A stretch of DNA of 64,000 nt, from IMG/VR virus record IMGVR_UViG_3300027690_000123, positions 49,991 to 113,990 of that record; one strand, given 5' to 3'. Under the pieces are notes generated by a model. That model had not been told where the DNA came from and did no database searches. It saw nothing but the letters and a program-made list of their open reading frames with translations. The translations under genes and the position numbers were made by a program. Positions 63,656-64,000 of the stretch are shown one piece after another (the first letter of the stretch is position 1; each line of letters opens with the position of its first letter). The DNA is from a virus.

Positions 63656-64000
63656 TGTTTCAGATTAAAAACTTCAATTCGATCGTCGCTTCCATGATCA
63701 ATAACGTCACCGGCGGATCGGATGAATTGACCGATTTTAACACCGGCAGTGTTGTCCGAACTATCCTTGAAGCCGCGGCGGCCGAGATCGATCAATACTA
63801 TCAAGCCTTGCTCAAAGGGTTTTATGAGGCGGTACCGGTTGCCATTTACAAGTCGTTTAGCTTCAGCCGCCTGCCGGCGGTGGGGGCGTCGGGTTATGTG
63901 ACATTCACCCGCGAAAGCGGCTATGTGGGAGAGATCACAATTCCGACTGGCACCCGGGTGACCATTCCCGGTGAAAGCTTCAACTATGCCGTTGTCTCCG
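63655..64000 (+). CDS. Baseplate J-like wedge protein, 3' partial
   Basis: MFQIKNFNSIVASMI...LTDFNTGSVVRTILEA...ASGYVTF...TIPTGT. Confidence 0.8.
   Translation, partial: MFQIKNFNSIVASMINNVTGGSDELTDFNTGSVVRTILEAAAAEIDQYYQALLKGFYEAVPVAIYKSFSFSRLPAVGASGYVTFTRESGYVGEITIPTGTRVTIPGESFNYAVVS

Larger units (their letters stand above)
1..64000 (+). mobile_element. Large myovirus/prophage morphogenesis region (SPO1/Twort-like head and contractile tail) interrupted by an accessory island
   Basis: Colinear terS-terL-portal-MuF-protease-MCP-neck-sheath-tube-TAC-TMP-baseplate genes; no host housekeeping genes or att/integrase visible. Confidence 0.95.

Overview
The window is the packaging, head and contractile-tail module of a large myovirus or prophage. 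It encodes a gpA-family terminase, portal, MuF protein, prohead protease, an SPO1/Twort-like major capsid, neck proteins, sheath, tube, tape measure and baseplate, nearly all on the + strand. Whether it is integrated cannot be seen. Main observation: a ~22 kb, visibly AT-richer island (3.7-25.8 kb) lies between terL and the portal operon. It holds an integron gene-cassette array: an attI-like site at 4374 followed by about 16 attC sites, with 8 cassettes showing perfect R'/R'' core complementarity. No integron integrase is present in the window. The cassettes are rich in restriction and defence-type genes (GmrSD, Mrr-like, HNH, PD-(D/E)XK nucleases, a HEPN-like candidate, a protease). The array ends against a convergent type III R-M operon and an hsdR remnant. 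Second: the portal-to-protease interval carries lysis and fibre genes plus putative head-packaged effectors (PARP-like ADP-ribosyltransferase, InPase, HD hydrolase, sigma-like protein) that share an N-terminal module and L-x-K-[SA] putative maturation motifs. Third: a palindromic GTAAT-N2-ATTAC-type element occurs 11 times, mostly ahead of late genes, and starts at a fixed position just after the -10 box of three sigma70-like promoters. Fourth: the tail chaperone pair needs a +1 (or -2) frameshift, with a UCC-UUU-CGU-C candidate site. All protein family calls come from motif recognition by eye, not database searches.
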